Below the pieces are notes generated by a model. It was not told the DNA's origin. It worked only from the letters and a program-made list of their open reading frames with translations, and searched no databases. Of a stretch of 64,000 bases of DNA, positions 37,783 through 51,025 are shown in pieces (position 1 is the stretch's first letter; the number at the start of each line of letters is the position of its first letter). The position numbers and the translations under genes are program-made. This DNA comes from Paraphysomonas bandaiensis (lineage: Eukaryota > Protista > Chrysophyceae), in the NCBI GenBank assembly GCA_965644295.1, contig CBFFRP010000324.1, forward strand, positions 124,001 to 188,000. The letters are read 5' to 3'.

Positions 37783-38979
37783 ATGGGCTCCACTGCCAGT
37801 GTGTCTGTAGTTCCCAGCGACATGACCCTACTTCTGGATATATTTAACAGTCACCGTGAGAAGCTCTCGTCACTGTTCCCCGACACATCATCACAGCTTA
37901 CAGACTGTATATCAGAGAATCAGCTCGTTGATATCATAATTCACCACCCAGATATATGTAACCTGTTGCTCAGATGGACGGGTAGCTCGAGAATCGACCC
38001 TTATATTTTATCATTAGCTTCTGACTGTGCTGAAGTGGTTGATATTTTTGAATCCAAAGACATGAGTCACATCTGTGTAGATAACAGTGATTGCTCAAGT
38101 ATTACCGACTTTATAAATCAAAATATCGCTGGAAGCCAGTATACACTCAATGCTGAGAGTAGGGAACTTGAGAGTATTGAATTTTTAAGTTTACATCTCC
38201 GTAATGAGTTGTTCAAAATAAGAGCGCTAAACCTCAGCAGCAATCAAATTACAGCAGATGCAGTTGCCGCTTCCGCTATGAAGGAATCCTCGCTGTTTCA
38301 ATTAAATATTGGTTGTAATTTGTTCTATAATCTTTCGGATTTGGTATATCGCCTTCCAGCTTCCTTAGTTATTCTAGACCTATCTTATACAGAAAACATA
38401 CAATTCTCTCAAGGAGTTTTTTTTTCATGTCCCCAGCTACTACATCTTGTCTTAGACGGATGTTGCATTGAGACTACGTCATATGAATGTACGGATGAGG
38501 ACATTGATGCATCAGAGCAGGGTAACTCGCCGATAAGTCGAGAATATGCGTCTTCGATTTTCTGCGGCCTTATGTGCCTCACTTACCTTAGCCTCAGGGA
38601 AAATTCTCTGGAGAAGGCCAGTGCCCTAGAGGGGTTAAATTATTTTGTAAAGCAGAATTTGTCTAGTGAAGCTGACGCAATTTGGGCATCTAATGCTCCC
38701 ATGTTGCGGCATGTTAATTTTGGAGAAAATCCGCTATGTGACATTTCAGCAGAGTACAAGGCCGCCATGCAGCTGGTTCGATCCCTACCATGTGTACATT
38801 TTATTGACGGAAGAGTAGTGGAAAAGGGCCAAGATGAGGAGTCGTCGAAAACACCTCTGACTTTTCAGTTGCCGCTTCGCCCTGATAACGAACAAGCTGT
38901 GGTGGGAGTAACTGACGCAATGGAGGCCGAGTTCAATGCAGCATTGCGACAGGAACAAGATTCAACAGTCGTCTCCTAA
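37783..38979 (+). CDS. Leucine-rich repeat protein, probably N-myristoylated
   Basis: LRR motifs IRALNLSSNQI, LVILDLSYT, LLHLVLDGC, LTYLSLREN and LRHVNFGENP with an LRRcap-like end; N-terminus MGSTAS. Confidence 0.8.
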   Translation: MGSTASVSVVPSDMTLLLDIFNSHREKLSSLFPDTSSQLTDCISENQLVDIIIHHPDICNLLLRWTGSSRIDPYILSLASDCAEVVDIFESKDMSHICVDNSDCSSITDFINQNIAGSQYTLNAESRELESIEFLSLHLRNELFKIRALNLSSNQITADAVAASAMKESSLFQLNIGCNLFYNLSDLVYRLPASLVILDLSYTENIQFSQGVFFSCPQLLHLVLDGCCIETTSYECTDEDIDASEQGNSPISREYASSIFCGLMCLTYLSLRENSLEKASALEGLNYFVKQNLSSEADAIWASNAPMLRHVNFGENPLCDISAEYKAAMQLVRSLPCVHFIDGRVVEKGQDEESSKTPLTFQLPLRPDNEQAVVGVTDAMEAEFNAALRQEQDSTVVS

Positions 38980-39952
38980 CAGTGCTTTCAATACATACCT
39001 ATCGTACTGGGGTTCATGATATGGATTTGAGTAAAGTGCTGTCATCGAATGGAAGACGACCTACCGACCACAGCGCCTCCTTGACGAGGTTGAGTACCTG
39101 TAAAATCAGAAAAAGCGTTCATAGTGACGGCTGGTGGATTATCTGTAAGAACAGAAAAACTATTCGTTCGTAAGACCTTATCTTCGAGTTGAATTACCAA
39201 CGTAAAGTCTTATTGTGTAGTCGTAGATATTGTTCGATTTTGTTTATAGAAATGCATGTCGGTAAATATTGTAACTTACGTGGGCCACTAAGTGCGTAGT
39301 CAGCACAGAAAATTGCTATATATTAAACGATATGGTATTATACTTATTTTCATGCGCAGCAGCTTTACTATTCGTAAAGAAGGATACAATTATTACACGT
39401 CTTTCGTGACGTAGGACACACTATAACATAAATTAATAGATACATAATACATATTGAAAGAAATTGTAATAATGTTGAATGTTGAGTGTTGACTATATAC
39501 TCTGTACTCAGGGCTACCAAGTGACAGTATTCGATTTAACGTAAATATTAGGTGTACTCCAATATGTCCGAACTAGTAGAACTAAGCTTTGTGTATTGTG
39601 TAGCTATGCATTATTTGATTATCAGAATAAATAATAAATAGTATTGATTCGATGCTAGTAATCTAGTAATTATGAGCGAAACTTCTTAAAAAAGAACAGT
39701 TTGGGACGGCAAATCACCCCACTAGGATCTAGGATCATCACGTTAGTTTGAAAGTCCTTCTAAAATCTGTGTGTAAATATCACTTTTTATGAATAATATC
39801 TTGCCATTTATGTCACGCCGGGTATTCGCTATTCGTAATTCCTCTCAACTAGGTGTCACAATGACAAGAAATCACGAAAAATATAAGGATATGAACTTTC
39901 AACTTCACAATGAAAACTACAAAATATCGACCCCAGCATTCAGTGGGAGCTT

Positions 39953-40907
39953 TCAGCGAAGTCTGCCATTGATAGGAATTCGATGATTTCGCCCTGAAGA
40001 AGCTCCCCCAATTCTCGGTTGTCCTCCCGCCTCAGTGAATTCCTCCACTGTCGTCTCACGGCGTCCATCTGGATGTAGTACAGTAGTCTCCTTGCGCACA
40101 CGACGCGTGCCGTCTCCATTAACCACTGTCGTGGTGGAAGTAGAAGTCGACGACCGCCCTAAAAGAGTCGAAAATATATCAAACAATAAACGCAATGACT
40201 TCATCATTCATCATATACCTGATCTCCCACTGCTCTGAATACTGCTACTACTCATCGATGAATGACCCATCATACCACTGAATGGATCGCCAAAACCATC
40301 TCCGAACGGATCCCCGAATGGGTCGCCAAATCGACTCCGCGTGCTGTGTGAATTTTGTTGTCTTCGCCGCGATCTTCCCCCGGTAAAGAAAGGGTCATCA
40401 AATGGATCATGTCCGCCCATGCCACCAAACATACTGTCTGAAAAGAAATCATCAAAGAGTCCCCCCATGCCTCCTCTTCCACCATGCATATCCCGATGAA
40501 ATTCCTCAAAAAAATGATTGAAAATATCAAATGCGTGGTCTTCACTGAAACGCCCACGTCCACGATGCTGCCGTCTTGGTTGGTAAGAGAACTCACTATC
40601 TGCATCATCGTATTGCGCTGCTTCAGGGCCGCTGTGGCCATATCGGTCATAATGCGCTCGTGTCTGCGGATTACTTAATACTTCATAAGCTTCTGCTATG
40701 AGTTTAAACATCTCAGATGCAGTCTCCGGGTCATCAGGGTTTTTATCCGGGTGCCACTTAATGGCAAGCTGTAGTAGAATCCATTCGGTGAGCATTAGCA
40801 TTATATGAAGAGAGTTACTGTACCTTCTTGTACGCTTTCTTGATATCTGCATCAGAAGCTGATCGATCCAATTGCAGTATCTCATAGAAGCACACTTTAT
40901 CTGCCAT
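39953..40907 (-). CDS. DnaJ class B co-chaperone (DNAJB6/MRJ-like), 3 exons
   Basis: [20 protein letters not shown]|[23 protein letters not shown], then a G/F-rich region and an S/T-rich C-terminus ([12 protein letters not shown]). Confidence 0.92.
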
Positions 40908-41434
40908 TATACTCTAAACACGCCGCACAGATATGCCGCTAACACGATATGTATACTGAATGAAATCTGATCACTTGTAGATTAAATCACAACACTTGAA
41001 TGGAATTATTAATACTAAGAAGTAGATGTGTATGTATGTGTATATACTGTTAATGTTCAGTAGACCGGACGGTATATGTATGCCTGGTATACTATACAGC
41101 ACTGGAGGGAACCTTACACAGCAGTATGGTATACTCTACTACTATATACTGCTGTCTGTAGGAGTTGACTTCAAGGATCTCAGACTGCAAAGAAGTGTCG
41201 AAGAAAAGAACATATACACATACCTTCGAGGGCGGACATGTGGCATACTGCTGTGTATGGAGAGAACAGTACAGTATTCCAACTGCACACTGGTGCATGT
41301 CGTAGTTTTTGTATTGTAGTTTCGATACCGAATTCCGAAAATTCAGTTTTCAGATTCTGCAAGTCCACAATAAAAAACGGTCCTAAAAAACACAATGCAC
41401 TGCTACACATACAGCAGTATATACAGTGTATATA

Positions 41435-43011
41435 CAGGGTCGGTCAAAAAGAAAACAACAACGGTTTTTTGAGAATTTCACTTAAGCAAATGTAAAAACT
41501 GGATATTACTCTAATAATAGGAAATGTGTAGTTTTTTTAGGGCTTTCTAATGAGCTATTCAGTTTAAAAATTGGTGAAAATTTTCTTAATTAAAGTGTCA
41601 AAACCTTGATTTTTAGGCTACTTATAAAAACCCCCCACTTAATACTTAGTGGCATATCCTTTCGCATCTATCACAGCTTGGCACCTTCTAGGCATGCTAT
41701 CTACTAGATCAGACAATAAGCTAACTGGGAGTTCATTCCATGTCTTCAGTAGCAGCTGAAAAAGCTCGTTTAGGTCGTTGGAAGATCGGTCTTTCATGCG
41801 ATGATCTAGGATTGCCCAAAGATTCACTATCGGGTTCAAATCAGGAGATTGAGCAGGCCAATCCATACGGATAAGATCTTGGTCATCATACCATTGTCGT
41901 ACAATTCTCGCGGTGTGTTTCGGATCGTTGTCTTCTTGGAAAATACAGTCGAAATCAGGGTATAGTCGCGCTGCACTGGGATAGAAATGGTTTTCAACGA
42001 TGTGTAGGTACTGTTCCTTCCTTAAAATTCCCTCCACACGGTACAAATCTCCTACGCCATGAGCACAGAAACATCCCCAAACCATTATTTTATCGTCATG
42101 CTTCACAGTCGCTGTAGTACAGGCCGGATCATATCTTTCGCCAACAGCTCTCCAACAACGCTGCTTTCGGCGATAGCGAAGGACAAAAGGGGACTCGTCC
42201 GACCAAATAACTTTTCTTCACTGTTCAACAGTCCAATTGAGGTGAGCTCTTGCCCATTCCAATCTCCTAATCCTGTTGCGTTCGCTAACAAAGGGCTTTC
42301 TTGTGGCCCATTGTGATTGGAAGTTGGAGCAACTGTTAATACGGCGTCTAAACGTCCGTTCTGATACCTTAATTGAAGGAAGAAGACTTTTAAGCTGTGG
42401 TCCACTTACCATACGATTCTTCTTCACTTCTCTGACAATCAAAGCATCATCTCTTTCAGTTGTTTTTCTCTTTCTACCGGAGCCTGGAGTGCGGTTGAAA
42501 CTTTTCGTCGAGATTATTTTGTTGTAAACTCTGCATAAATTACCGGAATTTAGCTTCATCCGCTTCCCAATATCACGAAAAGTAAGTCCGGCATGTCGAA
42601 GTGCGAGTAGTTGCGTCTTGTCAGCACTATTCATGTGATAATGCCTTCGTGGAGTTTGCTTCTTTCGGCCTCTCCGTTCTACACGTACCATTAACCAAAT
42701 CCAATTCTAACTGAAGCAAACTGCAGTGCATACAATGTATTTAATAGTTCACTATAAGTAATAGCGTCTAAACGCTTCCATTAAAGTGGTAATAAGATTT
42801 TAATATGACACAGGGTTTTTTAGAGTGAATGCGAAAACCCAGGGTGCCTCTTTATCTCACGAAGGAGCAAAAATTACATATACAACATCATATATCAAAA
42901 TACGTATCTTGAAAAGCTCTACATTTTTTATTATTTGAGTTTGCTCTGATTTTTGACATGTGTTGAAAAAACGCGAAAAAACCGTGGTTGTTTTCTTTTT
43001 GACCGACCCTG
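41435..43011 (-). mobile_element. Tc1/mariner (DD34E-type) DNA transposon, TA TSD, inactivated
   Basis: TIRs of about 36 bp, CAGGGTCGGTCAAAAAGAAAACAAC(A/C)ACGGTTTTTT, flanked by TA at both ends. Confidence 0.95.
41639..42691 (-). pseudogene. Tc1 transposase pseudogene
   Basis: GRKRKTT, KPF..RLEWA, WSDES, FQEDNDPKH and WPAQSPDLNPI. In-frame TGA at 42218-42220 replaces Trp, and the catalytic Glu is replaced by Val (NPIVNLW). Confidence 0.92.
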
Positions 43012-43800
43012 TAGGTGTATGATATGCAGCCAGATCACAAGTGGACATGATGATCAATTCCAGCGCACAATCCTCGACCTGTGCCTCCCCCTCCATGACC
43101 CTCTAATTCGTGAGGCCCTCCTATGTCAGTGCTCTTCAGCACATTCAAGTGCTTCAACATCGTGATTCTAGCCAGCCCTGATGCCATACGAATGTATCCT
43201 TAAGTGGAATTTCCCGCTGGGCACCGGAAATACACAATTGAAGAGCTAAAGTGCGTATATTAATTCTAATGAACGCATCCGTGTTAGTACTGATATGGGT
43301 ATGTATCAGGCCTCCTTGGCAGTGGAATTAACAGCCTCAGTAACCCAAGAAAACATCCGCGGAGTTTATTTTATGGTGTGTCTACGCGCTCCCAGCGCGA
43401 TGGTTATCGCGCACCGGTCTAATCATTTTTCAGGATTAATCACGATTATTACCTTCCTCCTGTAAGTTTTCCCTTTCAACGACCAGATTAGAACTTGTTG
43501 TTTTCGTATCAGCATAACTACTATTGCACTTCGTACTGCATGCTTATACGCTGTGCCGGTTAATGGACATTCTATTATTCAAAAAATACATGTGCATTGA
43601 AAAGCGTCTCCTATTCAATGCCGTTGGTATATTTAAGTGCGCGTTCTTTTAATTAAATTTATTTCTCTTACAATATCTTCAAATGCATCAGCCTAGCAAT
43701 ATAGATAGACATGTCGAACTAAAGGCCTGTCTGCGTACATCTACGAACTGACATGGCTTAATCACGATGACAATCTCGCTAGGATTATGCAACAATCAAG

Positions 43801-46800
43801 TTATGGTAACAGATTTTCCCGCGCAGATGCTGATTCCTTGCGACGCTTTATAGTCCACCTGATTTCATATAGTAAAACAACACTACACGATTATTACGTG
43901 AACGCTTACCATGAAACAGCCGTACACACCAGACACAACACGGCAGCGGCAACAGAAATACCGACAATAAATTCAGTAGACTTAGTCAAGTCGTCATCAT
44001 CGTCGTTCTTGTTAACATCCACCCCGCCAAGATCGAATTTGGTTTCCGAACTCGTACCAGTGAGGGTCACCGAGGATGAGTTTGCGGCAGAAAACACTAC
44101 CTTGGCATGCTTAAGACGGTTGGTGTAGAGTTCGTCGTCATACAGAGATAAGGTATACAGGCCCTCGGGTAAACAGTATCTACATGCAAAATATTGATGT
44201 TGACTTATTTCTACAAGAAAGATATAGTAATGCACCTGTCTGCCTGCTCGTCGCTAACCAGTAATGTCCCAGCAGCAACAACAGTGTCATCGGAGTCGGT
44301 GACGGTATAGTACGCTTGGCCATACCTGAATCACATATCATTGAAGTGTATCCGACAAGTCGTAGCATACCATGTGTAGTCTGCAGAGTCATCATCAGTT
44401 ACATTCGCATACATAAGAGCCTGCAGCTCCGTACTTCCTTCCGGACAGGCATTGCATTTTCCATTGCTGAGGGTCATCGCCATTTGTTCTTGCTGCTTTG
44501 AAAGAAATACTCCACTACACTGGGAACTTACTTTGATGTACTGTGCTTGATTTTCGAATGCGGCAGAAGTATCTAGGTAAGCAGTGTAAGTCTCGTCCTC
44601 CTCCAAACACGCTGCACACTGATAAACGCGATTATCGACACTGTTATCGGTTACGTTGTTTTGGATAAAAGTACAATTGAAAGCCTCTGAGCCATCGCTG
44701 TGTAGGACTGTGAAATATAGTCCTCGCCAAGAGTTACCCGCATCCCAGTCCTCAAGCTGAAAGCGTACGAGCTGAAAAGCACTTTCTCCTGAATGTTGCT
44801 TACGCATGCAAGTCTCAGTCTCGTCATCCACAAGTACATCATCTGTGCTTACTGGGATGGGATTTATATTCGTCTCCGTCTCTTGTACACTACCTCCGCT
44901 GGTAATTACAATGCTGTACTTCTGATTGTCCCCAACAGCAAGACTATTGGCGACAACCTCTACAGACCATTGCCCAACCATAGGTTCTTCGATTACAACA
45001 CGCTCCACTGGATTGAATTCGTCTCCTTTAATGTTATTACCGTATGTCACATTGCCCAAGGGTGAAGTAACAATTAGATCAAGGTCATTGAGGAGATTCT
45101 TCGTTGACCACATTACATTAACAGGGTCGATCCATACTATTGTGGCCCGCAGAGGGGTCGCACTGCTAGTAACATCCACCACATACGTCCGTTGGGTGAG
45201 CGATTGCAATGTTTCATAGTCCGCCACATACAAATCCAAGTCAACCACTCCTGGAATGGGCAAAAGGTTAGTGAGCTGCACTTGTCCCCATCCCTGGTAC
45301 CGGTCTGGAGGGGTGGTGAGGTTCGTTGCAGGTAACACGCTAGTGGATGAGGTCATCGCGCCTGTCATACCCTCTCCACTGTGAATCTAAAAATCGACCA
45401 AACCAATCTACGAGTGAGACACACCATTACAGAGTAGAAAAGCTTACCATGGCCGCCTTCAAGAGAGCCCCAGATATTCCCTCACCATCCACCACAGCTG
45501 GACAAGAGCGGTACGAGGGGTCACAAAACGATGCCCAGTATGAAGTATTTTCAAAGTATTGGCGGATAAGAATAGCAGCACCAGCTGCCATTGGGGTAGC
45601 CATGCTAGTTCCACTTGAATCCTGCACATTGCAACTAGTAGTCTCATTTTCGTTGCGAACGCCTATATAACAATAACAATAACACCATTCAACATATAGA
45701 GAAGTGTACCTGCACTCATCAGAGAAGTTCCTGGGGTAACAATATTGGGTTTGATCATATGCTGGTCATAGTTGTATCCAATGCTTGAGAAATAGACTAC
45801 CATATCGTGATTGGGTGCCGCAGCGGAGGCTCCTACGGTGAGGGCATTTTTACTGACGCCAGGGGAGTGTACGCTGCAAACTATCAGCAATAATTTTACG
45901 AGGCACAAAACAACGCACACCTGGTATAGCCCGTCCGTCCATCGTTACCCGCAGCAACCTGGGTACACCACGGTAATTGAGGGTACGTATAATGTTACAT
46001 ACACCAGAAGTTACACGCACCACGAAAAGAAAGTCTGTGTTCTCATACATGAACTGGTCCACATCAAGCGCTTTAGTGGTGTAAGTATTAATACCAGGGG
46101 TGCCCCAGCTGTTGCTATGCACACGAGCCCCTGTATATTCATGAGTGTCAAGGTATAGTCATTGCAAAAATTATGAAACAGGTATTACCTGCGGAGTAGG
46201 CAGGGGGAAGGGCGATATTGTAGAGCGAAGGTACATTCAGGAAGTTGTCATTGGCATCCACGTCGAACATAGTTATCTGAGCATTCGATGCAAGGCCATT
46301 GTACGCACTTGCAGCAGCATTATCAGTGTCATTACACTTTCCAACAGATGCTCCTCCGCACCAAGTACCATGGTCATATCCATGAAGGGCTGGCTCCCCA
46401 TCTGCCCAAGCAACGTACTGAATCACCCTACATAACACGGTGGACGAACAAGGGTGTTAATACAATGCGAAAGTATCCAAAAAAACACATACTTCCTGCG
46501 GTAGTATTCAGTAATAGGGTTTGCATACTCGTCAGCGGGGGTGCGGGTAGTAGGCGTGCCTAACACGCGACAAACTATAAATGTATACCCATATGCACCA
46601 TCACGGCAATACCTGAGTAGTCAATAAGAAAGCAACTGAGGTCATCTAAACCAGAGTCTATCATGCCAAGGATATAACCCGATCCATCAAGATTAATGTC
46701 TGCATAGGGTGTTGCCAAGGACGAACCAGATTGCACATATGCATTTTGGTCGGTGGGGGCGGAAGCGTTGACATAATACTCAGAAGAAGATTCAAGGGAA

Positions 46801-47669
46801 ATCTCTCGGGTATGTGCTGATACATGGCTCACACCAGGAAGCATAGAGGCAACAGAGGCAAGTTGAAGCATACACTCTGGGGAGTGAGAGGCCGTCGCTG
46901 AAATGGATACACTTATATGAGATTGTAATGATACGACCTCAGCGGCTGAGAAGTCGCAATTTAAGTGCATTGCAGCGCTATATCGCTTCTGCATACTTCG
47001 GCGGTATCTTACAGAATCCCGTAATGATTTTCTGTCTTCGTGCCCAACATCTAGTCGCTGCATACTTCGGGTACTAGTCCAAAAAAAATTCTCTGCATGT
47101 TGTTCTCTCATAGCGGAGTTTGACTGGAGGGCGCGGAGACGTGTGAACATGGACTGCGACGTCAGCTCATGCATACTTTTATCCACAATTCCCTTTCCCA
47201 TTACACCAACACCAAGAGCAATTTCAACAACGTAATCAGTGCCAACGCTTCCTCTAGTAATTTGGTCAGCAGTCCAATGAACAGTGTCGTCAATCTTCAT
47301 GGCATGCGGAACTATTACAGATGAAAAGTCAGCGCTCTGGGACACCACCGGTTGTGTAGAATGGGATATAAAACAAGCTCTATCGGCCGCTCTGCTAAAA
47401 AGCACAGGATGGAATCCATTCTCATCAGCAGTTGATCTCAGATGGGCCTCGAGGGCTCGTGATTTTGCGTACTTAGTACACGAAAGTATCACTCGGGAGG
47501 TGGTATCGCTGTCAGAAACAAGCTGCTCTTCATGCTCCACTAGAGCCTGAAGAGTATCGTCATCCAGCATACGGTGACTCCTCATTGATAATTTTAAATT
47601 GGATACATCTGCATGGGAACATGACACAACTGCCATGTGCAGAAGAAACAATCCCCCGGTGATGAACAT
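43801..47669 (-). CDS. Secreted/membrane-anchored subtilisin-like serine protease (S8, KP-43/Tag-like), multi-exon
   Basis: Signal peptide; catalytic triad MIDSG, HGTWCGG and GTSMATP; HSNSWG; P-domain-like LLNDLDL; C-terminal TM (FIVGISVAAAVLCLVCTAVS). Confidence 0.92.
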
Positions 47670-47755
47670 GAGGGGTGTGGTATTCAGAACACGAGGAGAT
47701 AGATCAGATCAGCTGAATGTATAGAATGATATGGATAGCAGAGTTAATAGCAATA

Positions 47756-50749
47756 CCGACAACAGCATCGGAGGGGCAGCACCCACATCGGAGGGGCAAC
47801 ATCCGTAGTCCCGTTTTTGTGTTCTGTACGTGAATATTAGTATGATCGAATGGGGATGGCGGGCTCTTCATATCTACACACCACATCCAAATAAGCATAT
47901 CTTCATATTAAAACTATTCGGAATGTACTGTTGTGTTGCTCTGCCCACTGTAGAAACTTAATTTCATCGATTTTATGCTGTAATGATGCAGGAAAACCAC
48001 CCAAATAATGACCACAGTGGGGATCACACAATCCCATTATCATGAAGTGCTCGTGACAATCATACATCCCTAGTAGATGAAGACTGTCCCCTGGATGATT
48101 TGTCATTAGATATCTTTTGAAGGAGCTTCAGAAAGAGCTATCAGCGGATGAGGTATACGACGAAAAGTGTTTACATGAAGCTCTTCTGCAGCAGTGCAGG
48201 GCAACTATGAAAAGAAGGATATATGCAAAGACATCCAAAGAGAATGAGGAAATGGAGGGAGAAACAAAACTAGGAGACAAGATTTGAAGATAGGTGGCAT
48301 TGAGTATATATCATTATGCTTTATCATGAAGACTTTAAAGCGAACTAGAATTTAAGGACATACATACTTCCCGTGCAGTAAGTTGTAAGACGAAGTTGTT
48401 TGTGAGTATGGATTTCATGATATATACAACTAATGTGGTGTGCGTTGTAGATCGCCGCAATGATATTGCATTTCGGTCAATAGTACATACTTAAATCATC
48501 GTATTCCTTATTTGCATGAACCATTTGATGTAAACTGAAACTGTAATGATGTATATTATACTTTCCGTGTAGTAAGTTATTTATGCATGTATATTGCATG
48601 ATGAAACAAGTGCAATGTATGCTGTAGGCCGCTGCAATGATATTCGAATTTGTTTTTGTTAATTGCACATACTCAAACCTTCGTATGTCACAACTACTTG
48701 TCTAAAGTTATCTCGCAGCAACAATTTCTAGCGAGCGTGTGCAAGCAAGCTAGGGACTATTTATTATAGATTACAGACAATCGTTTCAATATACTCATGC
48801 TAAGGTATAGCAAGTAGCTATGTAACGCTTGTAAAATGTTTATATGTGCGCGAATAATAAGACGAAGAGCCGTTGCATCTAACACTATTATAAAACGGGA
48901 CAACCTCACCCCTGTACGTCATTTGTCTAAATTTTAAAGTCTAAAATTATTACCACCTGCCAAACTGTGTCTAGGTACAAGTAGGAAAAGGCTTGTTAAG
49001 CCCCTGATATTGTGGAGAAATTTTGCAAGGAGGAGGGGTGAGAAGAAAGAAATAATGCCGCAGCTTTGGCGAAACATGCGAAGGCGGCTTAGGCTCTGTT
49101 GGGAAGGTAATCAGAGAAGGACAGGTTTAATTCCTTATCTCCTGAGCAGTATAAGGCTGAGAAAGTGACCAAGAAAAGAGTAGGAGCTGAAGCAATAAGA
49201 CAGAAGTTTGAAGCAGTCGCTGGAGAATTAGCTGAAGCTCTTGTTTTCCTTGAAACATATCATCGTTGAAGAGTATCTGAGTTAAACGTTTTTGAAGTAT
49301 ATTAGTTGAAATATGTTTAGTTTGAAAAGTGTTTCAGCTGTAACATGTCTTGTTTGAAAAGTGTTTTAGTTGTAACATGTCTTGTTTGAAAAATATTTTA
49401 GTTTTAACATGTTTTGTATGAACAAATGAGAAGTATTCTAGCTGAACCATGTTTTGATTAAAAAGTGTATTAAGTAGAAACGTACTAACCTTTTTTAAAA
49501 GTATCTGAATTGAAACAACTTTTGAAACATCTAAACGTTGTATGAAATAAATTGCCCAGGAATAGTAAGAGAAAAATTCCATGTACTTGCACGAAACAGA
49601 TTGCTTACGAGGCCAGGCAGCAAGCAGTATAACCGTTTTTCGTCTTATTATTCGCGCACATATAAACATTTTACAAGCGTTACATAGCTACTTGCTATAC
49701 CTTAGCATGAGTATACTGAAACGATTGTCTGTAATCTATAATAAATAGTCCCTAGCTTGCTTGCACATGCTCGCTAGAAATTGTTGCTGCGAGATAACTT
49801 TAGACAAGTAGTTGTGACATACGAAGGTTTGAGTATGTGCAATTAACAAAAACAAATTCGAATATCATTGCAGCGGCCTACAGCATACATTGCACTTGTT
49901 TCATCATGCAATATACATGCATAAATAACTTACTACACGGAAAGTATAATATACATCATTACAGTTTCAGTTTACATCAAATGGTTCATGCAAATAAGGA
50001 ATACGATGATTTAAGTATGTACTATTGACCGAAATGCAATATCATTGCGGCGATCTACAACGCACACCACATTAGTTGTATATATCATGAAATCCATACT
50101 CACAAACAACTTCGTCTTACAACTTACTGCACGGGAAGTATGTATGTCCTTAAATTCTAGTTCGCTTTAAAGTCTTCATGATAAAGCATAATGATATATA
50201 CTCAATGCCACCTATCTTCAAATCTTGTCTCCTAGTTTTGTTTCTCCCTCCATTTCCTCATTCTCTTTGGATGTCTTTGCATATATCCTTCTTTTCATAG
50301 TTGCCCTGCACTGCTGCAGAAGAGCTTCATGTAAACACTTTTCGTCGTATACCTCATCCGCTGATAGCTCTTTCTGAAGCTCCTTCAAAAGATATCTAAT
50401 GACAAATCATCCAGGGGACAGTCTTCATCTACTAGGGATGTATGATTGTCACGAGCACTTCATGATAATGGGATTGTGTGGTCCCCACTGTGGTCATTAT
50501 TTGGGTGGTTTTCCTGCATCATTACAGCATAAAATCGATGAAATTAAGTTTCTACAGTGGGCAGAGCAACACAACAGTACATTCCGAATAGTTTTAATAT
50601 GAAGATATGCTTATTTGGATGTGGTGTGTAGATATGAAGAGCCCGCCATCCCCATTCGATCATACTAATATTCACGTACAGAACACAAAAACGGGACTAC
50701 GGATGTTGCCCCTCCGATGTGGGTGCTGCCCCTCCGATGCTGTTGTCGG
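47756..50749. mobile_element. Unclassified foldback-type element: 1111-bp inverted arms (47756-48866 and 49639-50749), 772-bp spacer, apparent 4-bp TSD AATA
   Basis: The arms are reverse complements with at least 3 transition mismatches. Termini CCGAC..GTCGG; AATA at 47752-47755 and 50750-50753. Confidence 0.9.
49290..49450. repeat. Degenerate ~32-bp tandem repeat in the foldback spacer
   Basis: TTTGAAAAGTGTTT(C/T)AG(C/T)TGTAACATGTCTTG in three clear units at 49321-49416, with decayed units on both sides. Confidence 0.85.
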
Positions 50750-51025
50750 AATACAGTGATATGTATCAGTGGACTATCATAACATCACTTCACAATATCT
50801 GACACATTCACATACTCTCCCACTGCTCACTTCTCACTTCGATCTCTATACAGCAGTACAGTATATCCATATATACTCATCATAATATGGTGACTGGACT
50901 ACAGTGTATTTGTGTTCCTTGTGGTAAAAAACAGAAAAGATATTTTTCTTCCAGTAGTCCTGTAGGACGAGTACGTAGTCGATACTTTGGTACGTAGTCC
51001 AACTTTATGGTGTGAGGATGCAACA

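Noticed and set aside
42218-42220. Selenocysteine, readthrough or alternative genetic code at the Tc1 TGA
   Set aside because: TGA terminates ordinary genes in this window, and the same copy has also lost its catalytic Glu; a simple nonsense mutation is more likely.
43012-43560. Retroelement fragment right of the Tc1
   Set aside because: GC-richer text, but no recognisable motif or terminal structure.
47903-50602. Duplicated small genes (63 and 67 aa ORF pairs)
   Set aside because: They are mirror images created by the inverted arms and show no protein features.
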